Shown here piece by piece: positions 16,656 through 26,367 of a stretch of DNA of 37,518 nucleotides; positions within the stretch are counted from its first letter, which is position 1, and each line of letters begins with the position of its first letter. The notes under the pieces were generated by a model. The model saw only the letters and a list, made by a program, of their open reading frames with translations, did not search any database and had not been told where the DNA came from. The stretch covers positions 1-37,518 of IMG/VR virus record IMGVR_UViG_3300006217_000202; one strand, given 5' to 3'. The position numbers were made by a program, and so were the translations under genes. The stretch comes from a virus.

Positions 16656-17915
16656 ATGAGTTTTTGGCACAATATAGTAAACTATTTCCGGCGCGAAACA
16701 CAAAGCGACGACACCCCGGCCCCCAGCGCGGCACGCACCGGGGCTACGTCGCTTTTGGTGTATAGCGATCAAGCCGCTATGTGCGTCGCTACTGTATTTC
16801 GGTGCGTTAAACTACTTAGCGAAAGTGTCGCTAACCTACCACTACAATACCTAAAGCGCAAAGGTGAGATTTTCGCGGACGCGAATAACCCAAAGCTGGA
16901 TTATCTTTTAAACGTGCAGCCTGATTTTGCGCTAAATGCTTTTGACTTTTGGCGGCAAGTAGGGCAAGAACTACTATTAGACGGTAACGCCTACATAGTC
17001 CCGGTGTATAATCATGTTAGCATGGAATTAGACCGGCTGGCACTGTGCGAGCGTGGCACGGTAATGCACGACACAATACACGACACCTACACGGTGCGCG
17101 ATCTCAACAACGGCGTTAGCGGCGTATATTCCGAGGACGAGATTATACACATTAAGGGGCTGACGCTTCGCAACAGCAAAAGGGGCGTTAGTGTGCTTAC
17201 ATACGCCCGGCTCACCATGAGCATAGCAGCCACCGGCGACCAAGAAACACAAAACCGGTTTGCTAACGGCGGTAACGTGCGTGGTATCGTTTCCAATGAT
17301 AAGAGCGTGCGCGGTTTCGGCGAGTACCAAGATAAAGAACTGGCAAAGACCGCCGAGAGCATAGACAATAGATTTCAAAGCGGCGAAAGGGTAGTAAGCC
17401 TACCGGGTCAAGTTGATTTTAGCCCGATTTCGCTAAGTTCTACAGATATGCAATTTTTGGAGAGCCGGAAATTTACGGTTATCGAGATTTGCCGCTTTTT
17501 CAGTGTACCCCCATCGTTTGTTTACGCCGATACCAGTAACAATTACAAAAGCGTAGAACAGGCCGACGTAGATTTTTTAAGCCACACGTTAAACCCCATG
17601 CTGCGTAATATCGAGATCGAGTTACGCCGTAAACTGGTGGCACCTACTTTGAGCCATAAATATAAATTTGAGTTTGACAGAAGCCAACTATTTGCCAGCA
17701 ACCTTAACGGCATGATGAACTACCGCACCAAATTTTTGCAGATCGGCGCGACCCTAAACGAAGTGCGTAGGAAATTTAATTTGCCGCCTGTAGAGGGTGG
17801 CGACACTGCGTTAGTATCGGCAAACCTGCGAGGCATAAACGAAATAGGTGTAGAGCCGCAAGAGCCGGAAGCACCCGAAAAACATAATAACGACGATGAC
17901 AGCAAAAAGGAATAA
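16656..17915 (+). CDS. Portal protein (HK97 family)
   Basis: 419 aa between TerL and the prohead protease; the LLLDGNAY motif is typical of this family. Confidence 0.85.
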   Translation: MSFWHNIVNYFRRETQSDDTPAPSAARTGATSLLVYSDQAAMCVATVFRCVKLLSESVANLPLQYLKRKGEIFADANNPKLDYLLNVQPDFALNAFDFWRQVGQELLLDGNAYIVPVYNHVSMELDRLALCERGTVMHDTIHDTYTVRDLNNGVSGVYSEDEIIHIKGLTLRNSKRGVSVLTYARLTMSIAATGDQETQNRFANGGNVRGIVSNDKSVRGFGEYQDKELAKTAESIDNRFQSGERVVSLPGQVDFSPISLSSTDMQFLESRKFTVIEICRFFSVPPSFVYADTSNNYKSVEQADVDFLSHTLNPMLRNIEIELRRKLVAPTLSHKYKFEFDRSQLFASNLNGMMNYRTKFLQIGATLNEVRRKFNLPPVEGGDTALVSANLRGINEIGVEPQEPEAPEKHNNDDDSKKE

Positions 17916-18594
17916 AGACACCGAGGTAAAACGCACCCTGCGTATCGACTGCGCCGATTTGCGCGTGCGTGAGGCGGCCGAGGGCGAAGCCCCCAGCCGC
18001 ACGATTACCGGTTATGCTATCCTGTTTAATACGCCGTCTGCGCCCCTATGGAGTGACGAGGACAGCGAGGCACGCGAGGTTATCGCGCCGGAAGCCATAA
18101 CAAAGGAATTGTTAGACGGCTGCGACATTAAATTTACAATGTTCCATGATCGCCAGCTGATTTTAGGTAGAAGCAACAAAGGAACCGGCACACTATCCTA
18201 CTTTGTCGATGAAAAGGGTGTAGGCTTTAATTTGGAGCTGCCTAAATCGCCTAATGGCGACGAAGCTTTAGAACTGGTAAGCCGGGGCGATATATCCGGG
18301 TGCAGCTTCGCATTTACTACCCGATACTGGGATAGTGATTTTGTAGAACGCACTGCAAAGGTAGTGAATGGAGCCACGCAAATAACCTATACGGTTAAGG
18401 GCGTAACCGGCGTGTATGACTTTACGCTGGCGGCTGATCCGACCTACCCCGATACGTCGGTAGAGGCACGCGAGTTTACCACCGGGCTGCGCGAGGTGGA
18501 AAAGCCTACCCCGGAAGAACCTAAACCCGATAACGAAAAACTGCGCAAGCAGCTGCGTGAAATGCGCCGCGCTGCCGCGCAAAAGTTAATATAA
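17896..18594 (+). CDS. Prohead protease (HK97 / S78 family)
   Basis: ITGYAILFN...GCSFAF pattern, between the portal and capsid genes. Confidence 0.8.
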   Translation: MTAKRNKDTEVKRTLRIDCADLRVREAAEGEAPSRTITGYAILFNTPSAPLWSDEDSEAREVIAPEAITKELLDGCDIKFTMFHDRQLILGRSNKGTGTLSYFVDEKGVGFNLELPKSPNGDEALELVSRGDISGCSFAFTTRYWDSDFVERTAKVVNGATQITYTVKGVTGVYDFTLAADPTYPDTSVEAREFTTGLREVEKPTPEEPKPDNEKLRKQLREMRRAAAQKLI

Positions 18595-18620
18595 TTTTTA
18601 ACCTCTAAAAAGTTTCAGTA

Positions 18621-19763
18621 ATGGAAAAGAAGAAACCCGAAAAGCTGAACGTGCGCGAGCTGGTGAACAAGTACCAAGCCAACTGCGACCGTATCGGCGA
18701 AATTGCCGAAACCTGCGAAAAAGAGCAGCGCGAGCGCACCGAGGCCGAGGACACCGAGTTTAAGGCACTCACACGCGAAAACCAGTTGCTGCAAATGAAA
18801 ATGCAGGTAGCCGCCGCAGAACATCTGCGCGAGAACCCCAATGCCGCCGCCGACGCTTCGCGCATTATCCGCGAGAATATGCTGACCGGACGACAGACAC
18901 AAATTTTGCTGGTGCGCGACCTTATGATGGTAGCGGACACAGCCGACAGCGCGGTGGTGCCGCTCAAAGTGCAGGACATTTTGACACCGCTCACTGAGGG
19001 GCTTATACTCGACAAGGTTGGTTTGCCTATGCCTACCGGGCTGGCTGGTGACTACGTTTGGCCTACCTATGAGGCTGTCGAGGCTACCGTAGCCGGTGAG
19101 GGTGTGGCACTGACCGACACAAAAATTAAGCTGGGTAAGCTGACCGCAACACCTCAGCGTATCGGTATCGCTATCCCCATCACACGCCAAACCATCATAC
19201 AGACCGAGGGGCTTATCGAAACTATCGCTAAGAACCTCATGCCGCTGGCGGTGGCTATGCTCATTAACAAAATCCTTTTCAGCACCACAAAGGTAACTGG
19301 AGCTACCACACTGGTAGGCCCCTACGTCGGCGTAGCTGCCAAAGACGTTTTCAGTTTCAGTGCTGAACCCACGTTTAAGGAGTTCAACACCATGAAAGCC
19401 GACGTACTGGCTACCGGCGTTGACGGTGAACACCTGTGCTGGATTATGACAAAGGCGCAAAAGGCTATCGCTGAAGCAACCCCCAAAGATGCCGGTAGCG
19501 GTATCATGGTTTGCGAAAATGACCGTATCGCCGGACTGCCGGTATTTACCACTCATTACATCGGTGAGGGTAATATTGGTTTGGGCGATTGGCGTTACCA
19601 GCCTATGGGACTTTTCGGCGACATTTCGTTTGTAATCGACCCCTACAGCCAGGCCCGCAAAGACGCTGTGGATTTCGTGCTTAACGTCAACTATGGCACT
19701 ACAACCCTGCGCAAAGAAGCATTTAAGCTGGGTAAGGTGGCTGCCGCTGGTACTGGCTCATAA
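18621..19763 (+). CDS. Major capsid protein (HK97 fold) with N-terminal coiled-coil delta domain
   Basis: 380 aa with a charged coiled-coil N-terminus followed by the capsid body; position after the protease. Confidence 0.85.
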   Translation: MEKKKPEKLNVRELVNKYQANCDRIGEIAETCEKEQRERTEAEDTEFKALTRENQLLQMKMQVAAAEHLRENPNAAADASRIIRENMLTGRQTQILLVRDLMMVADTADSAVVPLKVQDILTPLTEGLILDKVGLPMPTGLAGDYVWPTYEAVEATVAGEGVALTDTKIKLGKLTATPQRIGIAIPITRQTIIQTEGLIETIAKNLMPLAVAMLINKILFSTTKVTGATTLVGPYVGVAAKDVFSFSAEPTFKEFNTMKADVLATGVDGEHLCWIMTKAQKAIAEATPKDAGSGIMVCENDRIAGLPVFTTHYIGEGNIGLGDWRYQPMGLFGDISFVIDPYSQARKDAVDFVLNVNYGTTTLRKEAFKLGKVAAAGTGS

Positions 19764-19780
19764 TTAAAAAGTTTTCCGCT

Positions 19781-20110
19781 ATGGCTGTAGTGAGTTTGGC
19801 ATTATTCAAAAAGCACGTTAGGGCCGACGATTTCGCCAACGACGACGAGTATTTAGCGCATCTGTTAGAGGCCGCCGAGGTTACGGTAATCACCGCGACC
19901 AATCGCACCGAGCAGGAATTAACCGACGGCAACGCCGGAAAATTCCCGGTGCCTTTGACGCAAGCGGTTATGATGCTGGCGGCGCACTGGTACAACCAGC
20001 GTGAAAGCGTCAGCAGCGTACAGATGCACGAAGTGCCGGACGCGCTACAAGCCTTAGTTAAACCCTATCGTAAACTGGTAAGCGATGCAAGCAGGGAGAA
20101 TGAAATATAA
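19781..20110 (+). CDS. Head-tail connector (gp6-like)
   Basis: LFKKHVRADDFANDDEYLAHLLEAAE matches the gp6-like connector N-terminus. Confidence 0.7.
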   Translation: MAVVSLALFKKHVRADDFANDDEYLAHLLEAAEVTVITATNRTEQELTDGNAGKFPVPLTQAVMMLAAHWYNQRESVSSVQMHEVPDALQALVKPYRKLVSDASRENEI

Positions 20111-20405
20111 GTTGGTTTTGCTGGAGCCTGTTACCGACACGGACGGCTTTGGTGAGGAAGCACCGATTTACAAAGAATTTCGCACAGTGGCCGCAGAGCG
20201 TGTAAAAACGAGCGGTAGCCGTAGTGAGGAAGTCGGCGAACATTTCCCGGACTATCGTGCTGAGTTCAACATACGCGACGCCCACCCGGTAAAAGAAAAC
20301 TGGCGCGTTAAGCAATTGGGCGGCTATGAGTACACGGTAACTAACATTATACCTAACATCGACAGGGGTATGAAAACTTTAGTTTGTGAGCGCGTAAACA
20401 AATAG
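20085..20405 (+). CDS. Head closure / head-tail adaptor protein
   Basis: About 100-aa ORF after the connector. Alternative start MKYK at 20100. Confidence 0.65.
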   Translation: MQAGRMKYKLVLLEPVTDTDGFGEEAPIYKEFRTVAAERVKTSGSRSEEVGEHFPDYRAEFNIRDAHPVKENWRVKQLGGYEYTVTNIIPNIDRGMKTLVCERVNK

Positions 20406-20408
20406 TCT

Positions 20409-20936
20409 ATGGCGGCGACAATACAATACGACGACGAGGATTTACAGCGGCTATTTGCTGAAATGGATACCAAAAAGCGTCTGAAAGCCCTAAAAGGTGC
20501 ATTTAGGCGTGGGGCTAACCGAGTACGCAAAACCGCCTTAAATAATCTGCGTGGGAGCATCCGAACCGACAAAGATTTAGAGCGTGGAGTACGTGCTGTA
20601 GTTTTCAAGCGTAAAGCCGGATTTCGTGTTACTATCGGCACCAAAAAAGCCGGTAAGACTGGCAAAGAGTACGGATTTCACATAAACCGCAGAGGACTAA
20701 AAAAACCTGTGCTGATATGGGCCGAGGCCGGCACCAAATGGCGCAGAACCAAGAGCAAACAACGCTTCAAGGCTAACGGCAAATGGCGCACCGCCGGAAC
20801 ACATCGCGGATTTATGAAGCGATACGGATTTATGCAAAAGACTGCGGCCGACGTGCGCGACAGCGTTACCGACAACCTGCACAACGAAGTAATTAACAGC
20901 GTAAGAAAAGTAGCTAAAAAATATGGCTGTACCTAA
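20409..20936 (+). CDS. HK97 gp10-like tail-joining protein
   Basis: 175 aa, basic; assigned by position and general resemblance. Confidence 0.5.
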   Translation: MAATIQYDDEDLQRLFAEMDTKKRLKALKGAFRRGANRVRKTALNNLRGSIRTDKDLERGVRAVVFKRKAGFRVTIGTKKAGKTGKEYGFHINRRGLKKPVLIWAEAGTKWRRTKSKQRFKANGKWRTAGTHRGFMKRYGFMQKTAADVRDSVTDNLHNEVINSVRKVAKKYGCT

Positions 20937-21315
20937 AACATCATTAAGTGCCGGGGCGATTATCCGCGCCGTACTACTGGAGGATGCCGAAGTAGCCGCA
21001 AGGACTAACAAGGTTTTCCCGGTAGCGACTGACTGCGCCGATTTGCCCTACATACTCTACCGCCGTACCTCACTGTCGCCCAATCCGCAGAAAAGCGGAC
21101 AGCCCGGCGCAGACGAAATACAAATAGAGGTCATTTGCTTTACGGAGCGATACGGCGAGGGTGTCGAGTTGGCCGAGGCGGTACGCGCCGCATTAGACCA
21201 AGTGACCGCTGAGCATGACGGTATGCGTTTGCGCTCATGCTATTTGCTCGACAGCGAAGAGGCATACCAAGATGATGCCTTTGTGCAGCAGTTAGTATTT
21301 AGCGCGAAAATGTAG
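20923..21315 (+). CDS. Tail completion / tail terminator protein (DUF3168-like)
   Basis: VFPVATDCADLPYILYRR pattern, immediately before the major tail gene. Confidence 0.6.
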   Translation: MAVPKTSLSAGAIIRAVLLEDAEVAARTNKVFPVATDCADLPYILYRRTSLSPNPQKSGQPGADEIQIEVICFTERYGEGVELAEAVRAALDQVTAEHDGMRLRSCYLLDSEEAYQDDAFVQQLVFSAKM

Positions 21316-21353
21316 AACCGCGCAAAATCGCATAGGTGCGCGTTAGAGCGACG

Positions 21354-21411
21354 GAGATAACAACCATAGTAAAAGTATCACCCAAACCCCGAAGCGCGCT
21401 TAAATCGAAAA
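21354..21411 (+). repeat. Conserved 58-bp intergenic element, copy B
   Basis: gagataacaaccatagtaaaagtatcacccaaaccccgaagcgcgcttaaatcgaaaa; 55/58 identical to 5417-5474. Confidence 0.9.
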
Positions 21412-21441
21412 AATCAGCAATTTTTAACATTTATAAACAAT

Positions 21442-21933
21442 ATGGCGACTACTAAGAAAACCGGCTACTGTAACGGTAGCGATATGCTGGTATGTGTAGG
21501 GGGCAAGGCCGTAGGCCACTGCACCACCCACACTACCACCATGAACAGCGAAACCAAAGACCGCGCCGTAAAGCCTGTGGCCTCAAAAGGCATTTCCGCA
21601 GGACTGTGGAAAGGCAAAGGCGTGGTAGGCCTGTCTATCTCTATTTCGGCCGAGGGACTTGTATTTTACGGCGAAAGCGAAACCGGCTACAAGGCACTGG
21701 TAGCAGCGTGGAAAGCCGGGAAAAGCGTCGAGGTCAAGTGCATGGAGCGCGAAAACAGCGATAAACCCTACCTCAAAGGTGATTTTATCGTGTCGTCGCT
21801 GGATCGTACCGACCCGGCACAGGACGATAGCACATATAGCGTCAATCTCGAAAACGACGGAGAACCCGACATACTCGACGAAACCGCTATTACCGAAAAC
21901 CCTGACCCTGAACTCCCCGCGACCGAAGCATGA
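21442..21933 (+). CDS. Major tail protein (phi13 / TP901-1-like)
   Basis: 163 aa upstream of the chaperone pair and tape measure; sequence pattern typical of siphovirus tail tube proteins. Confidence 0.75.
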   Translation: MATTKKTGYCNGSDMLVCVGGKAVGHCTTHTTTMNSETKDRAVKPVASKGISAGLWKGKGVVGLSISISAEGLVFYGESETGYKALVAAWKAGKSVEVKCMERENSDKPYLKGDFIVSSLDRTDPAQDDSTYSVNLENDGEPDILDETAITENPDPELPATEA

Positions 21934-22247
21934 AACGCATCGAAATAATCGTAAACGGCACGGCATACCCCTGTAGCCCCACTATGGGGGCTATGCTGCG
22001 TTTCAAACAGGAAACCGGCCGAGAGATCACCGAAATTAACCCCGGTAGCTTTTCCGACCTATGTACCTATTTGTGGTGCTGCGTAGCGTCAGCGGCTAAA
22101 CGCGAGGGCATACCGTTTGACCTGTCACTAATGGAGTTTGCCGACAGCCTCACCCCGGAGGACATGACCGAGTGGAACGCGGTAATTACAGCAGAGGCAG
22201 AAACCAGCGACACCGCACCCGGTGAAAAAAAAAGAAAACGCCGCTAA
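21930..22247 (+). CDS. Tail assembly chaperone (G-like short product)
   Basis: 105 aa between the major tail and tape measure genes; ends just after the A9 run. Confidence 0.75.
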   Translation: MKRIEIIVNGTAYPCSPTMGAMLRFKQETGREITEINPGSFSDLCTYLWCCVASAAKREGIPFDLSLMEFADSLTPEDMTEWNAVITAEAETSDTAPGEKKRKRR

Positions 22248-22585
22248 ACGTCTATGACCTTTTGGGTATAGCCGTCGGCTGTATCGGAATGTCGCACGAT
22301 GATTTTTGCAAATGTACTTTTGGCGAGTTTGAAAGTATCTGCAAGTCATGGCGCGAAATGACCGAGGGGCAAAACCGCGACGCATGGGAACGCGCCCGGA
22401 CGGTAGCCGCGATAGTGATACAGCCGCATGTCAAAAAGAAAATAACCCCCAAGCAGCTTTTACCGCTGCCGTGGGATAAGAAAAAGCAGAACCCCCGAAG
22501 CAAAGTTCCACGGCTCACCGCTGAGGAAAAACGAAAACGATTTGAAGAAGTAGCGCACCGATTAGGTGACGAAATAAACAAGTAA
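21930..22585 (+). CDS. Tail assembly chaperone long form (GT-like) via -1 frameshift in the A9 run
   Basis: The -1 frame is open from 22226 through 22585 and spans the slippery A AAA AAA G. The downstream ORF has only a TTG start at 22262. Confidence 0.65.
22226..22232 (+). promoter_or_regulatory. Slippery heptamer A AAA AAA (programmed -1 frameshift site)
   Basis: A9 run at 22225-22233. In the zero frame it reads GAA AAA AAA AGA. Confidence 0.65.
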
Positions 22586-22590
22586 ACCGT

Positions 22591-25500
22591 ATGTCAGGAA
22601 AAGGCACCATATCAATTACGTTTAAGCTGGACGGCGACGGCAAAGGCTTTAGGGCGATAGCGCAAGACGCTAACGGCCTACGCACCGTTATGGCTTCCAC
22701 ACTTGAACAGTCAGAGGCGTTAAAAACGTCGCTGGTTAATTGGAGTGCCGCCGTACAAGGTTTGCAGGGCGTTGACAAGGCCGTTAACTCGATAGCGGGC
22801 CAGTTAAATTCTATCACCAGCGAAAGCGAGGAATTTAACAAGGCTATGAAAGAGGCTAACACGATGGCCAGTAAAGACAGCGCGGGGTTTAAGCAGCTCA
22901 AAGGAGAGGTAGCGGACTTAGCAAAAGAGATACCCATAGCACGCGACCAGCTGGCTAACGGCCTCTACCAAACAATATCTAACGGCGTGCCGGAAGATAA
23001 TTGGATAGAGTTTTTGAACACGTCGGCCCGGTCAGCGGTAGGCGGTTTGGCTGACATTAACAAAGTCGTCGGCGTTACCTCTACGCTTATCAAAAACTAC
23101 GGTTTGGAATGGAGCGCGGCGGCCGACATACAGGACAAAATACAGCTTACTGCCAAAAATGGTGTAACCTCATTTGAGCAATTAGCACAAGCCCTGCCGA
23201 TGGTAACAGGTAACGCCGCCACGCTGGGCGTATCTATCGACGAACTTATGGGAACCTTTGCCACTCTAACCGGTGTGAGTGGTAACACCGCCGAGGTTTC
23301 CACACAGTTAGCCGCAATATTTACCGCATTAGTTAAGCCCAGTAGCGAGGCCGCAGAAATGGCGGCTAAGATGGGCATACAGTTTGACGCGGCCGCTATC
23401 AAGGCCGCCGGAGGCTTCCAAAATTTCCTAAACCAGTTAGATAGTAGCGTTAAAGCATACGCACAGGCTAACGGCGTGCTGGAGCAGGAGGTATATAGCA
23501 AACTGTTTGGTAGCGCGGAAGCCATACGCGCACTGATACCTTTGCAGGGTGAGTTAGCCGACAAGTTTACGGCCAACGTCGCCAACATGGTAAACAGTGC
23601 CGGTACGATGGATGCCGCCTACGCCGACATGAGCAGCCACGGCGAGGCCGTAAACCAAATGCTGCGCAACCAGTGGGCCGCCGTGATCGACGTTATTTCC
23701 GGCGTTACGTCGGCGGCGCAGCCTTATATCAACTTTACCGCCGGGCTACTTAGCACTGGATCAAGCGCGGCCATACTTATAACAACATTTAAGCAGCTTA
23801 ACATACAGCAGGTAGCGGTAGCCACACGCGCAAAGCTGGCAAGCGTCGCAATGGTGACGTTAGGGCTACGCGGTAAATCTGCCGCCGCCGTGGTGCGCGT
23901 TTTCAGTTCCGCTATGAAAGGCGGCGCGTATAGTGCCACAGCCTTAAAAATCGCGCTTCGCGGTTTGTTAATTGCTACTGGTATCGGCGCGGCGATCGCG
24001 GCCGTAACTACCATTATCGAGTATTTCGTTAGTGCCACCGACGACGCTACGGATAGTGTCGAAAAACTCGACGATGCTACCGACGACTATACCCAAGCGG
24101 CCGCCGCTGCCAAAGTGCAGATAGACCGGGACGTTAAGGCACTGGGCGATTTAATCAAGGCTAAAAAAAGCACAAAGGAGGCCGTACAGCATCTAAACGA
24201 AGCATACGGCGACCTTTTCGGTGCGCATAAGACTGCCAAGGAATGGTATAAAATCCTGACCGAAAAGAGCCAGTTATATATTAAACAGATTGGCTACGAA
24301 GCACAGGCGAAAGCCTTAGCCGCAAAAATCGCCGAGGCCGCAATAAATAAAGAATTAGCCGCCGAGCGTAAAGCCGAGTTAGAACGATCCGGCAAGCATA
24401 AGACAACCCAAACGCGTACTGCCGGAGGTAGTGTTACCGGCTATGTGCAAACTTATACGGTAGAAGTCGAAACCGAGGAATACCGACAGGCTAAAAAGGA
24501 TATGGACGACGCGGCCGCTACAGAGGCCGAGTTACAAAAGCGGTTAGATGTCATTACCAAAAAGACCGGGGAGATTACGGCCGAAATAAATCGCGGTTTG
24601 GCTGGTGCTAACGGCGAGGTGAAAGTTAGTGAAATGACATGGCAGCAGCTAACCGACGCTATCGACAAAACCGAAAAAAGCCTAAAGAACACTACCGACC
24701 CAGCCGAGATTAAAAAGCTACGCGCCTATAACGACCAACTGAAAGCGCGTAAAAAAGTCTTAGAGGGTATGACCGGATTAGGTACCCAGCACACGACGAA
24801 AAAGAAAACCGCCGTGGCTGATCCTAAGACCTACGAAGAATTAAGTACCAATATCGAAATTTATAAAAAGAAGCTGACCGGAGCCAACACCGAGGAACAG
24901 CGCATTATACGCGAGAAAATCGCAAGCTGGGAAAAGGCACGCGAGGCTATCGAACTGGTACAAAAAGAAGCACAACGCCCGGCAAGCCTCAACACATTAG
25001 AGGACATAGACCGCGAATTAAGCTACCAGCGCACATTACGGCAAAAAGCCACGGCCGACAATATAGCCGGGATAGATGCCGAAATAAAGCGACTGGAGGA
25101 ACTACGCGCCCAGTTAGAGCGTACTGGCTTTGTACCTACGCCTATCGCCGATATAAAGACCTACGAGGAATTAAACCGCGAACTATCCTATTATACGGCG
25201 TTACTGGAAAAGGCCGATGCCACCCAGCGCGTAACCGTGCAGAAAAGTATTAACGATCTCAACGAACTAAAAAAGGCATGGGACTACGTTTTAGACGACT
25301 TGAAAAAGCCGGGCGATGTTTCCACGCTTAATACGATCGAGGAATTAGACGAGGCCATAAGTTACTACCAGCAGAGGCAGAAAAAGGCGACCGGCGAGGA
25401 AATACAAAATATCCAGCAGACTATAGCCGCCTACGAAAAGAAGCGTAACGCCCTACAGCGCGGTATCGAAATACCATCTTTACAGCGCGAGGTAGCCGAC

Positions 25501-26367
25501 ATAAATAAACTGACAGGACGCGAGTATAAAGTTAAAATTAGCGGTATGGGTTTCGACGAACTGACCGCAAAGATTAACGAACTTAACCGCCTGTTAAATG
25601 ACTTAGACCACCCGGTAACAGCAACCCAGCGCAAAGACATTGAAAGCCTTATAGCTACATACGAAAAATGGCGCAAAGAGGGTATTAACGCCTTTGAAAC
25701 ATTCCGTAATGGCTGGGGTAGCATTAAGGGTATCGGCGACGGCGTGGAAAGCATCACCGACGCGCTGGAGGGTAACGGTAACGCGTGGCAGACCGTAACC
25801 GGTATAGTCGATGGCTTTTTACAGATATACGACGGTATCAAAACTATAGTAGGCATAATAAATATGCTTAGTGTAGCCACAACCGCGCACACAACCGCTA
25901 AGACGGCCGAAAGTGTAGCTATGGGCGTGGCTACCGGCGCACAGACCGCCGAGGCTGTAGCAGCCGAAACAAACGCGGCTGCGCAAATTCCGGTAATCGC
26001 CGCTAACAAGCTGGCGACTACAAGTTACATGGAGTTAGCCGCCGCCGCTTATTTTGCCGCCCATGCCTCTATACCTTTTGCCGGGTTTGGTATTGCTTCC
26101 GGATTTGTAACCGCCGCTACTGCGATGGTGCAAGCTATCGGGGTTATGCCTTTTGCTAACGGCGGTATCGTTAGCGGCCCGACTGTCGGACTTATAGGCG
26201 AGTATGCCGGAGCGTCGAATAACCCCGAAGTGGTGGCTCCGCTCGATAAGCTGCGCGGCATGCTGAACCCCGTGGGCGAGCCGGGCGGCGAAGTGGTTTT
26301 CAAAATCAGCGGCGACAAGCTCGAGGGAGTGCTGCGTCACCGCCAAAATTACATCAACAGGCTATGA
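22591..26367 (+). CDS. Tape measure protein
   Basis: 1258 aa, Ala/coiled-coil rich with hydrophobic segments and internal repeats of about 55 aa; position after the chaperones. Confidence 0.9.
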   Translation: MSGKGTISITFKLDGDGKGFRAIAQDANGLRTVMASTLEQSEALKTSLVNWSAAVQGLQGVDKAVNSIAGQLNSITSESEEFNKAMKEANTMASKDSAGFKQLKGEVADLAKEIPIARDQLANGLYQTISNGVPEDNWIEFLNTSARSAVGGLADINKVVGVTSTLIKNYGLEWSAAADIQDKIQLTAKNGVTSFEQLAQALPMVTGNAATLGVSIDELMGTFATLTGVSGNTAEVSTQLAAIFTALVKPSSEAAEMAAKMGIQFDAAAIKAAGGFQNFLNQLDSSVKAYAQANGVLEQEVYSKLFGSAEAIRALIPLQGELADKFTANVANMVNSAGTMDAAYADMSSHGEAVNQMLRNQWAAVIDVISGVTSAAQPYINFTAGLLSTGSSAAILITTFKQLNIQQVAVATRAKLASVAMVTLGLRGKSAAAVVRVFSSAMKGGAYSATALKIALRGLLIATGIGAAIAAVTTIIEYFVSATDDATDSVEKLDDATDDYTQAAAAAKVQIDRDVKALGDLIKAKKSTKEAVQHLNEAYGDLFGAHKTAKEWYKILTEKSQLYIKQIGYEAQAKALAAKIAEAAINKELAAERKAELERSGKHKTTQTRTAGGSVTGYVQTYTVEVETEEYRQAKKDMDDAAATEAELQKRLDVITKKTGEITAEINRGLAGANGEVKVSEMTWQQLTDAIDKTEKSLKNTTDPAEIKKLRAYNDQLKARKKVLEGMTGLGTQHTTKKKTAVADPKTYEELSTNIEIYKKKLTGANTEEQRIIREKIASWEKAREAIELVQKEAQRPASLNTLEDIDRELSYQRTLRQKATADNIAGIDAEIKRLEELRAQLERTGFVPTPIADIKTYEELNRELSYYTALLEKADATQRVTVQKSINDLNELKKAWDYVLDDLKKPGDVSTLNTIEELDEAISYYQQRQKKATGEEIQNIQQTIAAYEKKRNALQRGIEIPSLQREVADINKLTGREYKVKISGMGFDELTAKINELNRLLNDLDHPVTATQRKDIESLIATYEKWRKEGINAFETFRNGWGSIKGIGDGVESITDALEGNGNAWQTVTGIVDGFLQIYDGIKTIVGIINMLSVATTAHTTAKTAESVAMGVATGAQTAEAVAAETNAAAQIPVIAANKLATTSYMELAAAAYFAAHASIPFAGFGIASGFVTAATAMVQAIGVMPFANGGIVSGPTVGLIGEYAGASNNPEVVAPLDKLRGMLNPVGEPGGEVVFKISGDKLEGVLRHRQNYINRL

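Noticed and set aside
18615-19556. 313-aa minus-strand ORF overlapping the major capsid gene; similarly 10720-11370 (- strand) over the primase gene and 3300-3722 (- strand) over the polymerase start.
   Set aside because: Each is fully nested antisense to a confidently identified gene, has no leader or promoter, and has an odd amino-acid composition.
21492-21764. 90-aa Arg/His-rich ORF in an alternative frame inside the major tail gene.
   Set aside because: Low-complexity basic translation nested in a well-supported gene; no independent signal.
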